Positions 59,363-64,000 of a stretch of DNA of 64,000 bases are shown here, one piece after another (position 1 is the stretch's first letter; each line of letters begins with the position of its first letter). Below the pieces are notes generated by a model. That model ran no database searches, was not told the DNA's origin, and worked only from the letters and a program-made list of their open reading frames with translations. The DNA comes from Verrucomicrobiia bacterium (GTDB taxonomy: Bacteria > Verrucomicrobiota > Verrucomicrobiia > CAIQCK01), in assembly GCA_041667205.1 (NCBI GenBank), contig JBAYFL010000008.1, forward strand, positions 1 to 64,000, written 5' to 3'. The translations under genes and the position numbers were made by a program.

Positions 59363-60751
59363 TTATCGCTTCTGCCCCTTTTTCGCCCGCTTCTTTTCCT
59401 TCTTCTTCGCTTTGTCTTTCGGCATTGAGGGTGGCGCCAACTGGGTGTTCCAGTCGTCCCACATGGCCTTGAGTTCCTTGACCTTCTCCGGCTGCTTGGA
59501 GGCGAGGTTGTTCTTCTCGCCTATATCCGTAGCGAGGTCGAACAACTCCGGCGGGTTGTTATCCATGTCGCCGTGGACAAGCTTCATATCGCCATGCCGG
59601 ATGGACCACATGCCGTCAATGCGCCAGCACAGCGTCTGGTGCGGGCGCTCCTTGTTTTCGCCGGTCAGATGGGGCAGCAGGTTGACGCCGTCGAGTTTCC
59701 ACGCGGGATCAACCGTCCCGCCCGCCGCCGCCACACAGGTCGGCATCACGTCGAGTTGGATGACGGCGCGATCCTCCACCTTGCCGGCGGGCAACTTGGC
59801 TTTCCATTGCATCATCCACGGCAGGCGCGTGCCGCCCTCCCAGCAGGTGTGTTTGTGGCCGCGCAACACGCCGTTACCCTCGCGATGGCCGGGTGCGCCG
59901 TTGTCGCTGATGAAAAAGATGAGCGTATTCTCCTCCAGCTTCAGCGCGCGCAGCTTGCCGAGCACCACGCCGACGGCGTCGTCCATCGCCGAGAGCATGC
60001 CGTCGAAGTCGCGGCGCTTCGGGTCGCTGATGTGTGCGAAGCGTTTCAGATATTTGTCCGTCGCCTGATGCGGCGAGTGGACGGCATTGAACGGCAGGTA
60101 GAGAAACCACGGGGCGTCCTTGTGCTTCTCGATCCATTCCGACGCCCGCGCAGCGAATGCGTCGGTGGTGTATAACTCCTTGTCCTTCACACTCTGCACT
60201 TCTGGCGAGACGCGGGAGTCAATGAAACCCTTCGGCGTGAAATAGGAGCCGGGATTGCCGGTGACGCCAAAGTATTCGTCAAAGCCGCGCTTCATCGGCA
60301 GATGCTCCGCGTCGTTGCCGAGGTGCCATTTCCCGATCGCGCACGTCGCGTAGCCCAGCGTCTTCATGCGGTTGGCCAGCGTCGTCTCCGTCAACGGCAG
60401 GCCGCGACCTGGCGCCATGTTGTTGTTCTCATGGCCGAAGCGCTGTTGATAGCGCCCGGTATTCAGCCCCGCGCGCGAGGGCGAGCAGAGCGGCGCGGAG
60501 ACGTAGCCGCTGGTGAACCGGATGCCGTTGGCGGCGATGGTATCAATGTTCGGCGTCGGCACTTCCTTGAACCCGTAGCAGCCCAGTTCGCCGTAACCGA
60601 GATCGTCCGCGTAGAGAATGAGGACGTTGGGCTTCGGAGATGCCCCAGCGTCGGCGCAAATGCCATCGGGCAAGGTGATGGTCGAAACAAGGCCAACGAA
60701 GCTGAGGATGCTCAAAAACGGTTTTACTCTGGTCATGGTCGCTCCTTTCAA
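59363..60751 (-). CDS. sulfatase (Cys-type) with polybasic C-terminal tail
   Basis: PNVLILYADDLGYGELGCYG and active site CSPSR. The tail ends ...PKDKAKKKEKKRAKKGQKR. Confidence 0.9.
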   Translation of the reverse strand: MKGATMTRVKPFLSILSFVGLVSTITLPDGICADAGASPKPNVLILYADDLGYGELGCYGFKEVPTPNIDTIAANGIRFTSGYVSAPLCSPSRAGLNTGRYQQRFGHENNNMAPGRGLPLTETTLANRMKTLGYATCAIGKWHLGNDAEHLPMKRGFDEYFGVTGNPGSYFTPKGFIDSRVSPEVQSVKDKELYTTDAFAARASEWIEKHKDAPWFLYLPFNAVHSPHQATDKYLKRFAHISDPKRRDFDGMLSAMDDAVGVVLGKLRALKLEENTLIFFISDNGAPGHREGNGVLRGHKHTCWEGGTRLPWMMQWKAKLPAGKVEDRAVIQLDVMPTCVAAAGGTVDPAWKLDGVNLLPHLTGENKERPHQTLCWRIDGMWSIRHGDMKLVHGDMDNNPPELFDLATDIGEKNNLASKQPEKVKELKAMWDDWNTQLAPPSMPKDKAKKKEKKRAKKGQKR

Positions 60752-60829
60752 ATGCGCAACGGTGGCAGAGAAAACACCGCTGCCGCGCGGTGGTTTCGAC
60801 CTTTCTTGAACAAAACCGGCGCGTGCGGT

Positions 60830-61870
60830 TTATGGGGCGATTTTGAGGATGCGGCTGTTGTAGCTGTCCACAATGTAGAGAACGCCGTCGGTGTGGACAT
60901 AGATGCCGTGCGGGCGGGCTAACTCGGTCTTGAGCGGGTCGGCGGCGAGCGCGGCGCCTTTCCTGTCGGTGCCGGCCACGCGAACCAGCTTGCGAGTCTT
61001 GGGAATATATTTGCGGACAACGTTGTTCTCGGCGTCGGCGATGAGGATGTTGTCCTGGAGGTCGGGGTAGAGATGCTTCGGGCCGTTCATCTCGGCCTTG
61101 AGCGCGTCGCTGCCGTCGCCGCTGAAACCTTTGTTGCCCGTGCCGGCCACGGTGCGGATTTTACCGGCCTTGTCCACGACGCGTAGCGCGTGGCCGCTGC
61201 GTTCGAGGATGTAGATGTTTCCCTTCGAGTCCACGCAGACTGCGCGCGGGTCTGCGAGCGGGCTGCTCACGGCGTCGGCGCCGTCGGTGGGCACGCCGCG
61301 CTGGCCGTTGCCAGCGACGGTCTTGACGAGGCCGGTTTTCATGTCCATCGCGCGGATGCGGCGGTTGCCGAGGTCGCAGATGTAGAGCTGCCGGCCGGCG
61401 CGGTCGAGCGCGATGCTGAAGGTGCCGTTGAACTTCGCCTTCGCGGCGGGGCCGCCGTCGCCGCTGAAGCCTTTCTCGCCGTTGCCGGCAATGGTGGTGA
61501 TGATGCCGCTCTTCGCGTCAATCTTGCGGACGCAGTGGTTCAGCGTGTCGGCGATGAGCAGGTCGCCGTTGGGCTCGACGATGAGGTTGTGCGGGAAATG
61601 GAGTTGCGCCTTCGCCGCGGGGCCGCCGTTGCCTGAGAAACCCTTCCCGCCCTCGCCGGCGATGGTCTTGACGACGCCTTTCGCGTCCACCCTCAGGATG
61701 CGCCCGCTTTCCTCGCAGATGAACATGTTGCCCTTCGCATCGAGGGCCGCTCCGAACGGCTCGTGCAGGTTCGCGCTGTCGCAGCCTGCGACGAGCGTGA
61801 GTTTGCCGGCGTGGGCGGCGGTGGCGAGAACAAGGAGCGGAAGAAGTGGAATCAGGGTATTGAATCTCAT
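60830..61870 (-). CDS. NHL-repeat beta-propeller protein, secreted
   Basis: Signal peptide MRFNTLIPLLPLLVLATAAHA. Six repeats of the form ...GNGxxGFSGDGGPA...AxLxxPxGIAxDxxGNLYIAD. Confidence 0.8.
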   Translation of the reverse strand: MRFNTLIPLLPLLVLATAAHAGKLTLVAGCDSANLHEPFGAALDAKGNMFICEESGRILRVDAKGVVKTIAGEGGKGFSGNGGPAAKAQLHFPHNLIVEPNGDLLIADTLNHCVRKIDAKSGIITTIAGNGEKGFSGDGGPAAKAKFNGTFSIALDRAGRQLYICDLGNRRIRAMDMKTGLVKTVAGNGQRGVPTDGADAVSSPLADPRAVCVDSKGNIYILERSGHALRVVDKAGKIRTVAGTGNKGFSGDGSDALKAEMNGPKHLYPDLQDNILIADAENNVVRKYIPKTRKLVRVAGTDRKGAALAADPLKTELARPHGIYVHTDGVLYIVDSYNSRILKIAP

Positions 61871-61874
61871 GGCG

Positions 61875-62921
61875 TCATTTCCTCATGGCTTGGCCGATGG
61901 CGCGGAGTTGCTCGACGAACGGCGCGGGAATCAGGCCGCTTTTCTGGATTGGCACGTCGAACGTCACGACGCCGCCTTTCGCCGCGAGCTGGCGCGTGGT
62001 GGCGATGATCGCGTCGTCAGGCATCTGCGGCCGGTCGCCGCGGCACCACGTCGAGCCGAGATACGTGAGGATCTGGAACTGCACCTTCCGCCCTTCGCAC
62101 TCCAGCCAACGGCCGGGACAAGCCTCCACCGCCTTGCCAAACTCCTTCAGGTTCACCTCGCCCGCCGCGTAATCCTCGTGCCGCGTGAACACGATAACCG
62201 GCACCTTCACGCCGGGATTGAACGCGACGATAGCGTCCGGGTTGCCCGCCTTCAGCGCGCGCGCGAAGCTGGCGAAATTCGGCTCATCGTCGAAGCGATA
62301 CATCTGGTCGGGAAAATAACAGCCGTCAATCCACCACCCCGCGACGCTCTTGCCCCAGCGCTGCGACCACTCGCGGATCACCGACTCCCATCGTTGTTGG
62401 AAAGCCGCCAGCCGGCCGCCCACCGGTTCGCCGGGCAACTGCCAGCCGCCCGTCCGTCCCCAGAGCCAGCCGAGCTTTTGCCGCGCCACGGGATCGGCCG
62501 CGGGCGCGCCGCTCGGCAGATAAACCATCAGCCGGATGCCGCGGGCCGCCAGCGCCGCTGCCACGTCGGCCACGAGATCGCGGCGCGAGCACTTGCTCGG
62601 TGTGATGCCGACGAGCTTGTCATAGGTGGCGTTCGGCGCGCAGAAGTGGCCGGAGTTTTGGCCAATGGTGAAGAGCAGATACCGCGCGCCGGTCGAGGCC
62701 AACTGATCCACCAAGCCGGGCACGTCGAAGCGGTTGACCTGCTCGTTCCAAGCCTCGGCGGTGAGTTCCGCACCGCCTTTGCTGCTGGGGGCCGCGCCGA
62801 GGTAATGCGTCATGACACCCCACTTGGCCTGATGAAACCAATCGGTCGGCTCAGCGGCGGCTGTTATCGTCGCGGCGGTTGTCAGCAGCAGCGTTGTGAG
62901 GAACAAAGCATTGCGTGGCAT
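61875..62921 (-). CDS. secreted glycoside-hydrolase-like protein (GH29 alpha-L-fucosidase-like TIM barrel, tentative)
   Basis: Signal peptide, then QAKWGVMTHYLGA, which resembles the AKFGIFIHWG block of GH29. A later WWIDGCY motif. The assignment is weak. Confidence 0.4.
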   Translation of the reverse strand: MPRNALFLTTLLLTTAATITAAAEPTDWFHQAKWGVMTHYLGAAPSSKGGAELTAEAWNEQVNRFDVPGLVDQLASTGARYLLFTIGQNSGHFCAPNATYDKLVGITPSKCSRRDLVADVAAALAARGIRLMVYLPSGAPAADPVARQKLGWLWGRTGGWQLPGEPVGGRLAAFQQRWESVIREWSQRWGKSVAGWWIDGCYFPDQMYRFDDEPNFASFARALKAGNPDAIVAFNPGVKVPVIVFTRHEDYAAGEVNLKEFGKAVEACPGRWLECEGRKVQFQILTYLGSTWCRGDRPQMPDDAIIATTRQLAAKGGVVTFDVPIQKSGLIPAPFVEQLRAIGQAMRK

Positions 62922-62986
62922 TGGCGTTCTCCTTTATGAACGGCGACGGACCAGCGGCGCGGCGGGACAGGGATGCCTGCGACAGG

Positions 62987-64000
62987 TCACAGCTCCCCGC
63001 CGAGGATGCCGCCGAGACGGCTAAGGTCGTCGTCGTTGTAATACTCGACACGGATGAAACCGCCGACCGTTTGCGGATGGATGGTGACCTTGGTGCCGAG
63101 CTTGCGGCAGATGCCGTTCTCAATGGCGAGGACGTGCGGCGGTTTCTCGGCGTCGGCGCCGCGCTTGCGGCGGATCGGCTGGCGGCGGCCGGTGGTGGCC
63201 TTGATGCGCTCGACCAACCTCTCGGTGTCGCGGACGTTGAGGCCGTCGCGCAAGACGCGCTCGGCGACGATGGTCATTTCGTCGGTGATGGTCAGGCCGA
63301 GGATGACCTTGGCGTGGCCGACGGAAAGCTGGCCGTCGCGGACCCAGGCCTGCGCCTGTTCCGGCAGGCCGAGCAGGCGCAACGCATTCGCCACGGTGGC
63401 GCGGTTCTTGCCGACCTGCTGGGCCACCTGCTCCTGCGTCAGTCCAAACTTTTCCATCAACTGCTGATAGCCGTGCGATTCCTCGATGGGGTTGAGGTCC
63501 TGGCGCTGGAGGTTTTCGATGAGCGCCAACTCCAGCGAATCACGGTCGTCAGCGGTGCGGACGACGATCGGCACGGTGGCCAGTCCGGCCTCGCGCGCGG
63601 CGCGGAGACGGCGCTCGCCGGCGATGAGTTCGTAGCCCTGGCCGTCGGCGGCACGGCGGACGATGAGGGGCGAGACGATGCCGTGCTCGCGGATGGAGGC
63701 GACGAGTTCTTCCAACGCCTCGTGTTCGAACTTCGTGCGCGGCTGAAACGGGTTGGCGCGAATCTTGCCGATCTCGACCTGCGCGACGGCGTCAGCGGAC
63801 GGCGCAGGCGGGGCAAGGGGCGCGGGCGGAGCCGATGGCGCAACGGGCGGCGCTGCAACCGTGACGGGCGCGGCAATTGCCGATGGCGCAGGTGGGGGCA
63901 CGGGCACCGGCATGGTCATTGGCACGGCTGTTGGTGTGGTTGCCGTCTTGGACAACCCGCGCTGGATGAGCGCGTCCAGTCCTTTTCCAAGCGCTTTCTT
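62987..64000 (-). CDS. parB: ParB/Spo0J chromosome-partitioning protein (5'-partial; continues beyond the window end)
   Basis: ParB box I/II (GKIRANPFQPRTKFEHEALEELVASIREHGIVSPLIVR...YELIAGERRLRAAREAGL) and an HTH. Reverse-complementing the last 60 nt gives KKALGKGLDALI, the conserved ParB N-terminal motif. That motif lies upstream of the ORF-track ATG, so the true start is outside the window. Confidence 0.85.
   Translation of the reverse strand, partial: KKALGKGLDALIQRGLSKTATTPTAVPMTMPVPVPPPAPSAIAAPVTVAAPPVAPSAPPAPLAPPAPSADAVAQVEIGKIRANPFQPRTKFEHEALEELVASIREHGIVSPLIVRRAADGQGYELIAGERRLRAAREAGLATVPIVVRTADDRDSLELALIENLQRQDLNPIEESHGYQQLMEKFGLTQEQVAQQVGKNRATVANALRLLGLPEQAQAWVRDGQLSVGHAKVILGLTITDEMTIVAERVLRDGLNVRDTERLVERIKATTGRRQPIRRKRGADAEKPPHVLAIENGICRKLGTKVTIHPQTVGGFIRVEYYNDDDLSRLGGILGGEL

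Overview
This 64 kb window is high-GC (about 65%) bacterial chromosomal DNA. The gene content suggests a Planctomycetota/Verrucomicrobiota-type (PVC) organism. The pointers are an ECF sigma factor overlapping a Ser/Thr kinase, a prepilin-type pseudopilin, many Cys-type sulfatases, DUF2752, an NHL-repeat protein, and PAS/HWE-type kinases. Coding density is high, with about 52 genes, mostly on the minus strand. Left to right the window holds: purN; a sigma-70 family factor; a putative outer-membrane protein; a beta-carbonic anhydrase; a flotillin/NfeD pair; a low-GC islet of about 1.2 kb (one hypothetical membrane protein) followed by an ArsR-like regulator and a 21-bp tandem repeat array; an M16 peptidase and a LOG protein; and a MauE-like membrane protein. 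After that comes a roughly 14 kb minus-strand signalling operon of 9 histidine kinase/response regulator genes. Its junctions include three 4-nt ATGA overlaps (the others are 4-15 nt gaps), it contains a segmental duplication, and one kinase has a CXXCH heme-c sensor domain. Next are a GH78 alpha-L-rhamnosidase; the ECF sigma/Ser-Thr kinase pair; a CHASE3 kinase with two NarL-type regulators; a pseudopilin; a fused trehalose-6-P synthase/phosphatase; a polyprenyl synthase; and an Hpt plus two REC-MinD/ParA (CpaE-like) ATPases plus DUF2752 cluster. The window ends with a roughly 19 kb minus-strand sulfatase island: 9 Cys-type sulfatases, several of them with polybasic C-terminal tails; two paralogous TAT-exported proteins with Cys-rich pre-RR N-termini; a YkgJ-type Cys-cluster protein; an NHL propeller; a GH29-like hydrolase; and a parB that runs off the window end. 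No rRNA, tRNA or CRISPR was found. I judge the most novel candidates to be (i) the uncharacterised TAT/YkgJ accessory proteins inside the all-Cys-type sulfatase operon, (ii) the Hpt-driven double REC-ParA module, and (iii) the 21-bp-periodic AT-rich repeat array.
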